IMG/VR virus record: IMGVR_UViG_3300031521_001337
Span: 62,001 to 126,000 of that record
Strand: one strand, 5' to 3'
Length of the DNA stretch: 64,000 nucleotides
Part shown: positions 25,786 through 36,378 of the stretch, one piece after another
How the letters are laid out: every line of letters begins with the position of its first letter
Position numbering within the stretch: the stretch's first letter is position 1
Position numbers and translations under genes: made by a program
The notes under the pieces: model-generated
What the model was told of the DNA's origin: nothing
The model's database searches: none
What the model saw: only the letters and a program-made list of their open reading frames with translations

Positions 25786-26064
25786 ATGAATGAATACGGT
25801 GAAGATTCAGAGTATAAATGGTATTTCTTTACAGGTTGTCTTATGGAATGTGCTAATGCAAGTTGTTGTCTTTATGGTGGTAATATTGGCTATGATAAAT
25901 TTAGTTTTAGTGATATGATAAAAGTAAATGGAACAAGAGGTTATCCTGGACAATGTTCAGCAACTGTTGGACTACTTATTATTGATGAACATTTAGATCA
26001 TCCTAAATTTATAGAATGGATGAATAACTTACCTGATGAAATAAGAAATAATTTACCTTTTTAA
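25786..26064 (+). CDS. Cys-containing hypothetical protein
   Basis: 92 aa; ends FIEW..LP.EIRNNLPF. Confidence 0.7.
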   Translation: MNEYGEDSEYKWYFFTGCLMECANASCCLYGGNIGYDKFSFSDMIKVNGTRGYPGQCSATVGLLIIDEHLDHPKFIEWMNNLPDEIRNNLPF

Positions 26065-26074
26065 AAATAGAATA

Positions 26075-26422
26075 ATGAGATTAGTAACAGTAAATTTAGA
26101 TATAGATCCTGAATCTGGACTTGAAGAAGAATTTGATGATGTACCACAATCAGAATGGTGATTTTGGACATGTTATTACAAAAGTGAACCCGATGGACTT
26201 TGTTGTGTATATGGTTATCAAGATCCAGATCAACCACATCAGTTAATATATAGTCAACAAATTGAAGTTTGTGGTCGATATGTTAGAGGTTTTGGTTCAT
26301 GTTGTTATGATCATGAATTATTTGCATTAACTAATAATACAGATAATTACGAATTTATATGTTGGTTTGAAAAACTAAGTTATGAAATTAGAAAAGAATT
26401 AATGATAATATTACCTTTTTAA
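26075..26422 (+). CDS. paralog of 25786..26064 with one in-frame TGA (26159..26161); absent from the ORF track
   Basis: MRLVTV...QSEW*FWTCYY...LCCVYG...FICWFEKLSYEIRKELMIILPF*. Confidence 0.7.
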
Positions 26423-26576
26423 TAAAAATATGATTAAAAAATTAATTAAATGGTTTAAGAAACCAAAGAAACAAAAGACTTGTTTTGCTGATGCAGATGG
26501 TATGTCACATGCAGGATGTGCTTCTATGCCTTCTTGTGATAAATGTTCTTGTTACAGATATAAACTGTAGTAAAAT

Positions 26577-26668
26577 GTCTAAGTGGCGAAGTTTGGCTGA
26601 AACGCATAAGACTTAAAATCTTATACCCTTTGTGGTGAACACCGTGGGTTCGATCCCCACCTTAGATA
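26577..26668 (+). tRNA. tRNA-Leu(TAA)
   Basis: TAAGA-CTTAAAA-TCTTA; class II. Confidence 0.92.
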
Positions 26669-26735
26669 CTTAAAAATACTAGTAAATCTTAATTTATTTA
26701 AGTTGGCTTCGTGGGTTAAAAGGAATCCACACTAT

Positions 26736-26809
26736 AGCTTGTTAGTTCAGTTGATTAGAATGCCGCCCTGTCACGGCGGAGGTCGCCGGTTTGAGCCCGG
26801 TACAAGCTG
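26736..26809 (+). tRNA. tRNA-Asp(GTC)
   Basis: CCGCC-CTGTCAC-GGCGG; G73; A19:U56. Confidence 0.93.
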
Positions 26810-26814
26810 CTTAG

Positions 26815-26841
26815 AAGGAGATCTATTAGGTCTCCTTTTTT
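26815..26841 (+). terminator. intrinsic terminator ending the tRNA island
   Basis: AAGGAGAT..GGTCTCCTT plus T run. Confidence 0.8.
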
Positions 26842-26856
26842 AATTTAAAAAATATT

Positions 26857-28920
26857 ATGAGGAAATTAAAACGGATATATTGGGAAATAGCTGAAGAAAA
26901 AGAAATTAAAGGTACTTATAAGATATCTGAAGATTATATTATCGAATATATAATTTTTGATAATAATTCTGTTCGTAAAATGAAAACTTTAATCGTATGT
27001 GAAAACAATAGATGTAATCATGTATCAGGTGATGAATCTATAAATAAACTTAGACAACATGCTGAACGAGATTTAGATCGTCGTATAAAACTTTATAATA
27101 TGAATGACGACTCACATGAAATCAATATATGGTTTCATGAATATAAACATAAACACAAATAAAATAGATTATGCAGAAAAAAACTTTAACACTTAAAGAT
27201 TTTGACGGTAAGGTATTAGTATCTTACTTAAAGGAAGATGATCGATTGCAATCAGCAATTGATTATAGATGCGAAGGTGGCCCAAAAGCTATCCTCGAAG
27301 TAGTAAAAGGTGAAAGAATCGGAGTAGTTGTTGCACTTGGTGCAGGAGTATTCGGATGGTCACTTTGTAACAAAAAGGATCAATTGGTTCCAGTTGCTGA
27401 AACATCTGGAGAAATTGTAGTTATTTCTGTACCTGGTGATACGTTTGACAAAGCAATTGGTTTAGACAAAGCACTTCAACGTGCAAAAATTGCTCAATCA
27501 TTGGATGCTGAAAACCGTGTGAGTTTCTACAAAAAAGTTCCGTACACTCTTTCAAACTTGTTTGAACAAATGACGGAGCGTGCTGAAATCTACTACGCAA
27601 ATAAGTAAGATGATTGTAATTAAAGGTAAAGAATTCGAAATGGTTCAGTCAAATACGACTGGACCATTTTTTGATTTAAGTTTACTTGTAAAAGTAAATG
27701 AGGGCAAGGACACTGAACGTACAGAAATGAAATTAGTAGCTCACGGATTACCTTTTGAAGTATGTATGCAGAAGATTGTAGGAATTAAAATGGCTGACAA
27801 AGATGGAGTTTATACTGTTGCTGAATTTATTGCAAAGTATAAAACTGTAGTTGATGAAGTTGCTAAATTAATTACTAATGAAGAGAAACCTAAAAAAGTA
27901 AAAGAAGATTCAGATGAATGATTCTATATTAATAATTAACGAAGAAGATCTATTACAAGATATTACTCTTGATCGTATAAATGATTGGATGGTTGAAGCA
28001 GGTGAAGATTTCCTAGATTATTGTGGAGATATAAATCATGAAAAATTTGCATATCAATTTATGGGTTTTGCTTTAGCAAGACACCCTGAATGGGGTCCAG
28101 AATTAATAGATTCTTGTAATGGAGATCATATTTATACACAATTAGTAGCACAAGTATATTATGATAAGTATGAACATTCTGGAGATGCTGGCGATTTATT
28201 TTATCAAGATTTATGTGATTTTATTAATCATACAACATATACTAAAAAGAAAGTTAATCAATTTTTAATTGAAGAAATAGATGGATAATATAACCTGGAA
28301 TAAATTAGGACAAGATGTTAATGCAAAACCAGTAGAAACTACTGAAGAAAAAAAAGTTGTATTAACACACGATGAAATTAAAATACAAGTTGGAAAACTT
28401 ATTGAACAATGCGATGCATTAGTAGCTTCGGCAAATACTTTATATAGTGAATTCATTAATAAAGAATTATATGATTCATTAGTAATGCTTGAATCAGGAC
28501 AGAAATCATTGAAAAAAGTATACATTAAAGAACCAATGGTCGATAAAGTATTAGAAAAAGCAGAAGCATGATAAAAATAATATTAATTGCATTAATTATT
28601 TTAATAGGATTATTTGCAATTTTAATTGATAAAGATTAATGGAAAATCCAGAATTAAGGTATTGGAAATGTATGATTGGTCCTATAGAAAAAGATTCATT
28701 TATGGGATTATCTGATGGAGCATTACGTGATTCAATAAAAGGTAGGTTCTTTTCATTGTTTAGTAAACATGCTGATAATTGTGTATCAAGTTGGGGTGTT
28801 GATGAAGAAAAGTTTGAACTCATTAGAGAAATCGAAAGATATTCAGTTGATGATTTAAGACATGTAATAACAGAATTAAAAATGATGAAAGATGCTGAAA
28901 GAGCAAATAATAGAGCATAG
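26857..28920 (+). CDS. run of hypothetical proteins (26857..27162, 27171..27608, 27610..27921, 27914..28288, 28281..28571, 28639..28920)
   Basis: Densely packed co-oriented ORFs, no motifs recognised. Confidence 0.6.
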
Positions 28921-29263
28921 GCTCACTAACCGAGAAACAAGAACACTTTTAGGAGTAGTTCTTGGAGAAATTGAAAGAATTGAAAAAGGTCCTAAGAAAG
29001 TAGCAGGTTACATTGCTACAGACGAGGAAGTTGTTTCAGTTCTTAAGAAGATGATAGCTAGTAACATTGAATGTAATACTAACTTAGAAGAAAATGTTAT
29101 ACTTGAACAATTCTTACCACAACAATTAAATGATTTAGATATTAAAGATATTCTAAATGAATATAAATTTAATTCAGTTGGAGAATGTATGAAACATTTT
29201 AAACAATATCACGCTGGTTTATATGATGGTAAACAAGTAAGTAAATTATTCACAAATAAATAG
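28892..29263 (+). CDS. GatB/YqeY-domain protein
   Basis: L..VLGEI...EK...DEEV..VLKKM...N...E..ILEQFLPQQL...MK. Confidence 0.8.
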   Translation: MLKEQIIEHRLTNRETRTLLGVVLGEIERIEKGPKKVAGYIATDEEVVSVLKKMIASNIECNTNLEENVILEQFLPQQLNDLDIKDILNEYKFNSVGECMKHFKQYHAGLYDGKQVSKLFTNK

Positions 29264-29271
29264 AAATAAAG

Positions 29272-30382
29272 ATGAAATTATCAAATGCGCAAGTAGGTGC
29301 TTTAGCATCAAAGATTAAAAAAGAATTAAAAGAAAAGTATCAAGATCCAATTTATGCTGCAAATGCTGCAATTAGAGAATCGGATGAATACAAAAATTTC
29401 TTCGAACTTAATGAAGATTGTATTATGTTACAAACGATTTCTGATAAATGGAAGGTTCGTTCATATCGTACAAACGATACTATGAATGAAATTCGTTCTG
29501 CATATTTTGAAACTATTCTTAAAGATGCTCCTAGTTTTAGTACAGAGGATATCGAAAATGAAATTCACTTGGCTACGATTGATGTTCAGAATATAGATGA
29601 ACTTATCAAAAAGGTTGCAAATAAATTTGCAGTCTAAAAAATTCAGAGAGAGCTTAGGCTCTCTCTATTTTAACTAACTATGATTATAGAAGAAAAGGAT
29701 TTTAAAATAGTACATGAAGGTGGAAATTTTGTTTTGTATTCAACAACAGGATCAGAAACCAACAAATCAAAACCCGTAGGTTACTACTTACAATTAGAGA
29801 GTGCTCTAAGAGCAATAGTAACTATAAGAAAAGATAAAAAATATACTGGGGGTGAATCGTATACCCAGCTATCTCACGATTTAAGATCTTATACTAAAGC
29901 AAAGAGTGATTTTAATGCTGTAGTTTATTCAATTTATAATCCGATTTCAGACCTTAAAAAACAAGTCATAACTTATTAAACTTAAAATAATGACACATGC
30001 TGAATATTTAGAGCAACAAGAATTAATAGAATATAGAAAACATACTCAAGCTAGTGCAAGAGATATGAATCTAGATTGTATTATTGGTGAAGACATCAAT
30101 ACAATTAATGATGAAGTAGGTGGACAAGATGGAATGTATAGTAACTTTCCAATTAGTAGAGTCTATAGAAATGCCGAATCTATTAGAGTTTATTGTTTAA
30201 CATCACAAGGTGGAGTTGCAATAATTCAAATAGACGGACGTCCTCAAGTAGTAACATTAGGTGAAGATGATGGATATTTCTTTCTTAATTCAGCTAGTTT
30301 ATATTGTGGTTTCTACGGAAATAAAACTAGTTTTGTTTGGGCTCTTTCTGAAGCGTTGTCATTATTCAATAATATAACTTAA
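29272..30382 (+). CDS. three hypothetical proteins (29272..29637, 29680..29979, 29990..30382)
   Basis: ORF track. Confidence 0.6.
29645..29671 (+). terminator. intrinsic terminator
   Basis: AGAGAGAGC..GCTCTCTCT then ATTTT. Confidence 0.7.
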
Positions 30383-30383
30383 T

Positions 30384-30770
30384 ATGATTAACATAATCGT
30401 TATTTACTTTATTCTTATTCTTCATTGGTTAGCAGATTTTGTTTTTCAAACTGATTATCAAGCAAAAAATAAGCATAAAAGTTTTAAAGCTTTATTAGCA
30501 CATGCAGCTATTTATTCGCTGATATTATATGTGCCTATGCAAATCCTACAAGAAGTAGGTTACTTCGGTGCACAGTATTGGTATACATCATTATTATTTG
30601 CTTTAATTCAGTTTGTAACGCATACTGCAATTGATGCAATAACTAGTAGAATTAACTCAATTCTATGGAATAACAAACAAGTACATGACTTCTTTGTAAG
30701 TATTGGATTTGATCAGTTTTTACATTTAAGTATTTTATTTGGAAGTTTTAATTTAGTTTATTATGGATAA
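30384..30770 (+). CDS. DUF3307-like membrane protein
   Basis: H.LADFVFQT...K...L..H...H..ID...FDQ.LH. Confidence 0.8.
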   Translation: MINIIVIYFILILHWLADFVFQTDYQAKNKHKSFKALLAHAAIYSLILYVPMQILQEVGYFGAQYWYTSLLFALIQFVTHTAIDAITSRINSILWNNKQVHDFFVSIGFDQFLHLSILFGSFNLVYYG

Positions 30771-32206
30771 TTTAAATTTTGATGAAACAGGTTGGCCTAT
30801 TTCAAATATTCCAGAATATACTGAAGAAGATAGACTTATTGAAGAAGCTGCATTTAAAAAATGTTGTGGTTCTTGTGAAAATTTTATAAATTATCATGGT
30901 GAAGCTGGATTTTGTAAGAATTCAAAACTTAAACCATGTGACCCGAAAGCTATGATTGATATGTTTAAACCTAAATGTAGAAAATGGAAAAACAATTTGT
31001 AACATATGAGATTGCTAAGCAATTAAAAAGATTAGGATTTGATGAAGAATGTTTAGGAATTTATTGTCCAGAACTTGATATTCATAATGTAGGAGTGAAT
31101 TGGAATACTAATAATATTAATGATATTAAAAAAGAATGGTATTCAGCACCTCTTTGGCAACAAGTAATTGATTGGTTAATTGAAAAACTTTTATTAAATG
31201 ATGATTATTTTGAATTAGAATTAAGATATTTTTCAGATTATTCTGGAGGAATTTATTTAAAGGATAAAGAAATAATTGATTTTGATAATAAGGAAATGTT
31301 AATCGAATCATTAATTCAATTATTAAACAAATAGAATTATGTCAGAAAGAAAAATAAATTTACAAAACATATTATCCGAAAAATTAGGTGATGAAAAATT
31401 ATCTATTAATGAAGTTGTAATTGAAGCAATGAAAGAAGTATGTAAACAACTCCTTGAATTAGCTGCTGAAAATGCTTATATAGAACGATATGAAACCGGT
31501 TTTGGTGGTTCACATTATAATGAATGTAAATCTAAAACATTTGAAGTTGGACAAGAAGAATTTGTATCAATTGACAAACAATCAATTTTAGACACAATTA
31601 ATCAAGTAGAATAATGCCACCTTGTAGAGTAAGATCGTGTCATTGTGAACAATGTCGATATTCAAAAAATAAACATAGTAAACGTAGACTTAAAAAAGTT
31701 ATAAAACGATTACTAAATAAGAGAAGAAGAAATCCGCAATTTGACGGAACAGTGTTTAACCATTATTGGGCTTAATATGAAAACACCAGAAGAATTAGAA
31801 GAACATTATATGAATTCTAATAAAGGTAAAGGAAATTATTTACCATTTACAGACTTTATAAAACAAATTCAAGATGATGCATATTTACAAGGTCTTAAAG
31901 ATGCTGAAATGGGATTTAGATTTATGAGTGACATGAGTACTAAAACTCAAGGATTTCATAATTTACAAGAACGAATTAAAAAATTAGAAGATGATAAATC
32001 CGGAGAAGTATGTTTTGACGAAAATAGTGAAATCGACTAAAGATTACACTTATAATGATTATGTAAAAGCAATTGAAGAAATTCAAAAAGATGCATATAA
32101 TCAAGCAATTGAAGATGCTGTTAATGATGCTGAATGTTATGATCCTCCTCATGAAGATAAACAATATGCACTTGATAGACAATCAATTTTAAAATTAAAG
32201 AAATGA
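30763..32206 (+). CDS. run of hypothetical proteins (30763..31002 Cys-rich, 30984..31334, 31339..31614, 31777..32040, 31991..32206)
   Basis: ORF track; some share IQ.DAY and QSIL motifs. Confidence 0.55.
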
Positions 32207-32940
32207 AATTAAAAGTAATGGCGATGAGTGATTTGCATGGTAATTTACCAGAAGTCATAGAATCCGCAAACATAGCAATAATTGCAGGAGATATATCACC
32301 ATTAGAAATTCAATTTAATAAACCTGCTATGAAAGTATGGTTAGAAACTGAATTTGCAGGATGGGTGAAATCTTTACCTGTTGATAGAGTATTTTTGGTT
32401 GCTGGTAACCATGATGCTTATTTTGAAAGTGCCAGTAGAGCTAATATATTAGCATTCACTCAAGCATGTGGTAAACTCACATACTTAAAAAATGAAACCA
32501 CTCATTATTATGATGATTGGGGTCAATTATGGTCTATATTTGGAACACCTTATTGTCATATATTTGGTACTTGGCCATTTATGAGAACAGAAGAATTTAT
32601 GACCGATAAATTTAAAGAAATACCTGATAAAGTTGATATTATTATAACACATGATCCAGCATTTGGAGTAGGTGATACTGATGTTATTTTAGAAGGTCCT
32701 ATACATCGTTCACAACGAATGTTTCAACACTTAGGTAATGAACCGTTAAGAGCACGAATAACTGATGTAGAATATAAATTATTAATTTGTGGACACATTC
32801 ACGGTGGTGATCATATTTATAATGAAGGATGGAAAGCAGTAAATGTAAGTCATTTAAATGAATTTTACAAACCTGTTTATACGCCATTTTATATTGAATT
32901 AGAACACGATAGTGTAACAGAACCAGAAACCGAAGCCTAA
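32203..32940 (+). CDS. calcineurin-like metallophosphoesterase
   Basis: SDLHG, AGD, AGNHD, ITHDP, CGHIH. Confidence 0.9.
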   Translation: MKLKVMAMSDLHGNLPEVIESANIAIIAGDISPLEIQFNKPAMKVWLETEFAGWVKSLPVDRVFLVAGNHDAYFESASRANILAFTQACGKLTYLKNETTHYYDDWGQLWSIFGTPYCHIFGTWPFMRTEEFMTDKFKEIPDKVDIIITHDPAFGVGDTDVILEGPIHRSQRMFQHLGNEPLRARITDVEYKLLICGHIHGGDHIYNEGWKAVNVSHLNEFYKPVYTPFYIELEHDSVTEPETEA

Positions 32941-33522
32941 TGGAAGAAGACAAAGAATTACAAGACATCATTGAAATGGAATTTGAGTATAAAAAATCTT
33001 GTGAATTACATGAACAGTTTACAAGTAAAGTAATACATAGAAGATTGGCGTTTCAAAATAGTTGTTCACATGTTGAAACTTATATAAAGGATTATATTAA
33101 TCCATTAAATAGTAAAGCATTTCATACATATTACTGTAAACGTTGTAATAAATATTTATATAAAAAGAGAAATAATGAAAGTAATAAATCCAATATTATT
33201 AAATAAAGAGAAATTTATTGAGATTATGAGTATAATTTATGAACAATTTGAACATGATCGAAAAGTAAATAAATTACTTGAAGAAATATTTGAAGATGGT
33301 CAAGGATATCCTAAAAATAATGGCATAATCTGCGCATTAACAGATTTATTAAAAATTTTATTATTTGATGAAGAAGATATTGAGTATTTTATGTATGATT
33401 TAGATTTCGGAAAAGAGTGGCAGCCTGGAATGATTAAGTGTTTGAATAAAGATACTGGAGAAGAAGATGATATTAATTTATCTACCGCAGAAAAATTGTA
33501 CGATTATTTAATTAGTAAATAA
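32940..33522 (+). CDS. two hypothetical proteins (32940..33206, 33175..33522)
   Basis: ORF track. Confidence 0.6.
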
Positions 33523-33532
33523 AAGAAATAAG

Positions 33533-34219
33533 ATGATTTGGTTTACAAGCGATACACATGCGTATCATAAGAATATAACAAAAGGTGTCTCTACTTGGGA
33601 CGATAAAGACATTAGTTGTCGTGATTTTCCAACACTTGAAGAAATGACGGATGCCGTAGTTAACTCAATTAACAAATATGTTATGGAGGATGATGAATTG
33701 TATCACGATGGTGATGTAAGTTTTGGAGGAATTGAAAACATTTGGAATTTTCGTAAGAGAATCAAATGTAAAAATTTTCATTTAATTCTCGGAAATCACG
33801 ATGACCATATCAAGAAAAATAAAATTCTTCCTAATTGTCATTGGGTTACTAAAGTTGTAAAAATAGATGGGTGTGATACTATACAAAATGATTATATTGA
33901 AGATGCAACTTTTATAGATCCACTTAATCCTGTTAGAGCTCAAGATTTATTTACTTCTGTAGATAAATATCTTGAATTAAAAATTGAAAAGAAAACTATA
34001 ATCTTATCCCACTATGCTTTTGAAGAATGGTATGAGATGGATCTTACAGGATCATATCATTTACATGGTCACAATCATCATAGATTTGATGATAAAGAAT
34101 TAAATACTAAATATCGTAGAATGGATATTGGTATAGATTGGGAAGAATTTCGTCCATATTCTTGGGATGAAATCAAAGAGATAATGAAAAATAGAAAAAT
34201 TAAAAAACACAATTCATAA
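33533..34219 (+). CDS. calcineurin-like metallophosphoesterase
   Basis: WFTSDTH..H, HDGD, LGNHD, LSHY, HLHGH.H. Confidence 0.9.
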   Translation: MIWFTSDTHAYHKNITKGVSTWDDKDISCRDFPTLEEMTDAVVNSINKYVMEDDELYHDGDVSFGGIENIWNFRKRIKCKNFHLILGNHDDHIKKNKILPNCHWVTKVVKIDGCDTIQNDYIEDATFIDPLNPVRAQDLFTSVDKYLELKIEKKTIILSHYAFEEWYEMDLTGSYHLHGHNHHRFDDKELNTKYRRMDIGIDWEEFRPYSWDEIKEIMKNRKIKKHNS

Positions 34220-34220
34220 A

Positions 34221-34310
34221 ATGAAAAACTTTAAACTAAACATAGAAAATCCAAATACTGATACCGATATTGATCCAAATCCAGTACCTCCAATAACTCC
34301 TGTTAATTAA
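34221..34310 (+). CDS. 29-aa Pro-rich peptide MKNFKLNIENPNTDTDIDPNPVPPITPVN
   Basis: ATG 2 nt after the previous stop; its TAA overlaps the next ATG (TAATG). Confidence 0.55.
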   Translation: MKNFKLNIENPNTDTDIDPNPVPPITPVN

Positions 34311-34684
34311 TGGATAATAAATTTAAGTTTTGTATTAATTTAGTAAGATGTATTCCAATTCTTTCAACATTTTGTATAATAATTTCACTCATTTTTGCAT
34401 TATTTGAAATTAATATAGTAAAAATATTTTATCCATTTTCAAGTTCTATCATTACGGGAATTTTATTATATTCTCTTTCAAAGATATTTAAATTTTGTTT
34501 ATGGCATAGAGTATTAATAATTAACTTATTATTGGTTGCAAGTTTTACTTGGATTAATACTTTATTTAAATTAACATCAAATTTAATGACAATACGGATG
34601 ATGTTACTAATTACTAGTTTATCATCTATATTAGCATTAATAATTTTTATAAAAAATGGGAGTATTAGAAAAACTTCTTGTTGA
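34310..34684 (+). CDS. four-TM membrane protein
   Basis: Hydrophobic throughout; S..FKFC.WHR motif. Confidence 0.75.
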   Translation: MDNKFKFCINLVRCIPILSTFCIIISLIFALFEINIVKIFYPFSSSIITGILLYSLSKIFKFCLWHRVLIINLLLVASFTWINTLFKLTSNLMTIRMMLLITSLSSILALIIFIKNGSIRKTSC

Positions 34685-34958
34685 AGCATTAACCATGTGT
34701 AGAAGTGGTAATTGTGATAACATAACACCACAAGAATTGGAAATGTTATCTGAAATGATTCATAAACCTGAAACTGTTGGACGAGAAGATGCAGCAAAAT
34801 TTTTAGGAGTGTCACTAACTAAATTTCATGAATTAAAAGATTCTGGAGTAATTAAAGAACCAAGAAAGCGAAAAGGTTTTAAAGAAAAAGAATACTATTT
34901 ATCAGATTTACGTAAGTCATTGGAAATCATCAAGTTAAATGATGAAAAAATTCATTAA
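34656..34958 (+). CDS. HTH DNA-binding protein (excisionase/MerR-like)
   Basis: GREDAAKFLGVSLTKFHELKDSG.I..P. Confidence 0.75.
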   Translation: MGVLEKLLVEALTMCRSGNCDNITPQELEMLSEMIHKPETVGREDAAKFLGVSLTKFHELKDSGVIKEPRKRKGFKEKEYYLSDLRKSLEIIKLNDEKIH

Positions 34959-34978
34959 TATTTATCATTAAAAAATAT

Positions 34979-34986
34979 TATTTTTG
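34979..34986 (+). promoter_or_regulatory. putative Bacteroidota -7 promoter element
   Basis: TATTTTTG ~55 nt upstream of the Gly-rich gene; -33 element not clear. Confidence 0.4.
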
Positions 34987-35040
34987 TATTGAAGTTCTAG
35001 CTAGATTTCAGTTTTACAAACAATTTAATATTTTTTTATT

Positions 35041-35826
35041 ATGGCACTTACATTAGATGGCACAACTCCGATGCCTAATTTCGGAGGAGGATCTGGCGCA
35101 GGTTTAGGCGTTGGAGGTGGAGTTCTTGGTGGACTTTTAGCTGGTGGTCTTGGTGGAGCATTAGCAGGTGGTTTATTCGGCAATCGTGGTGGTTGGGGTG
35201 GTAATGGATACGGAGCAGCTCCTGCAGCAACAGCTGTAGCAACTGACGTTGTTCTTAATCCTGCTTTTCAATCATTACAAACACAAATTACTAATTTAGG
35301 ATCTCAAGTTGCTTCTGGTGACTTAAATAGTATCTTGAATAGTGAATTTCGTAGAGTTAACAGCGCTATAGATAATAGTTCTGCTGACATTTTAAATTCG
35401 GTAGCTAATCTTTCTACAGCACAAGCTACATCAGCATTTACTACTTTGCAAGGAATTAACGATTTAGGTCGTGATATTACTGCACAAAGTAATCAAGGTC
35501 AGTTACAACAATTAAATTCATTTAATAATTTAACAACTACAACATTACAAGGTTTTAATGGAGCAGCAATGCAAAATCAAAACGCTACAAATCAAATTAT
35601 ATCACAAGGTACAGCTAATGCAATGGCAATGGCTCAATGCTGTTGTGAAATAAAATCAGCAATTGCTGCTGATGGTGGAGCAACTCGTGCATTAATTAAT
35701 GATTTGAATGTTCAAAGTTTACGTGATCAACTTGCTACTGCAAACGGTAAAGTAAGTAATAACGAACAAAATCAATATCTATTAAGTACGATTTTAGCTC
35801 ACTTTACTCCTACTGCTGTTGTTTAA
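35041..35826 (+). CDS. Gly-zipper / Gln-Asn-rich coiled-coil protein with CCC motif
   Basis: GGVLGGLLAGGLGGALAGGLFG, NRGGWGG, AQCCCEIK...TRALI. Confidence 0.85.
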   Translation: MALTLDGTTPMPNFGGGSGAGLGVGGGVLGGLLAGGLGGALAGGLFGNRGGWGGNGYGAAPAATAVATDVVLNPAFQSLQTQITNLGSQVASGDLNSILNSEFRRVNSAIDNSSADILNSVANLSTAQATSAFTTLQGINDLGRDITAQSNQGQLQQLNSFNNLTTTTLQGFNGAAMQNQNATNQIISQGTANAMAMAQCCCEIKSAIAADGGATRALINDLNVQSLRDQLATANGKVSNNEQNQYLLSTILAHFTPTAVV

Positions 35827-35851
35827 AATAATTTTAAAAAAAATTAAAATT

Positions 35852-36329
35852 ATGGCAAGCCCAATTACAATAGGAACTACTGCTACAATTGTAGTCGAAA
35901 AAAATAGAAAAAGAGTTAATGTTAGATTTCAAAATACCAGTCCGAATATAATTTATTTGAAGAAAATTCCTTTAAAAGGAGCTTATTCTATTGTATCTCC
36001 AACTGATTATGAAGTTCAATTATTTCCAGCATCATCATCTCAAGAAGGTGGTGAAGCTTTTGAAACAAACTCTATTTCATCTTTTATGGCAATTTCAGCT
36101 GCAGCAGGAAGTACGTTAGCAATTTATGAAACGTATAAAATTTAATAATATGACTGAAGACTATGTAAAAATTCCTTTAGTAAAAGTTATTGAATTAATA
36201 CTTATGGAAGAACGAAATAAAATAAGAAAACATTATCTCGAAACTTTAGGTAAGCCTACAAGTGATGTGATGGATACTTATGTTATTGAAGACTGTGAGA
36301 TTTTAAAAATCTTGAAATGTGAAAATTAA
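35852..36329 (+). CDS. two hypothetical proteins (35852..36145 beta-rich, 36150..36329)
   Basis: Follow the CCC gene up to a terminator. Confidence 0.6.
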
Positions 36330-36338
36330 AAATTATTT

Positions 36339-36367
36339 AAGGAAGGGGTAATACTCCTTCCTTTTTT
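36339..36367 (+). terminator. intrinsic terminator
   Basis: AAGGAAGGG..CTCCTTCCTT plus T run. Confidence 0.8.
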
Positions 36368-36378
36368 ATTAAAAAATT

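Noticed and set aside
26159-26161. Selenocysteine at the in-frame TGA codons
   Set aside because: Aligned positions are Trp or aromatic, not Cys; no selC or SECIS-like hairpin is evident.
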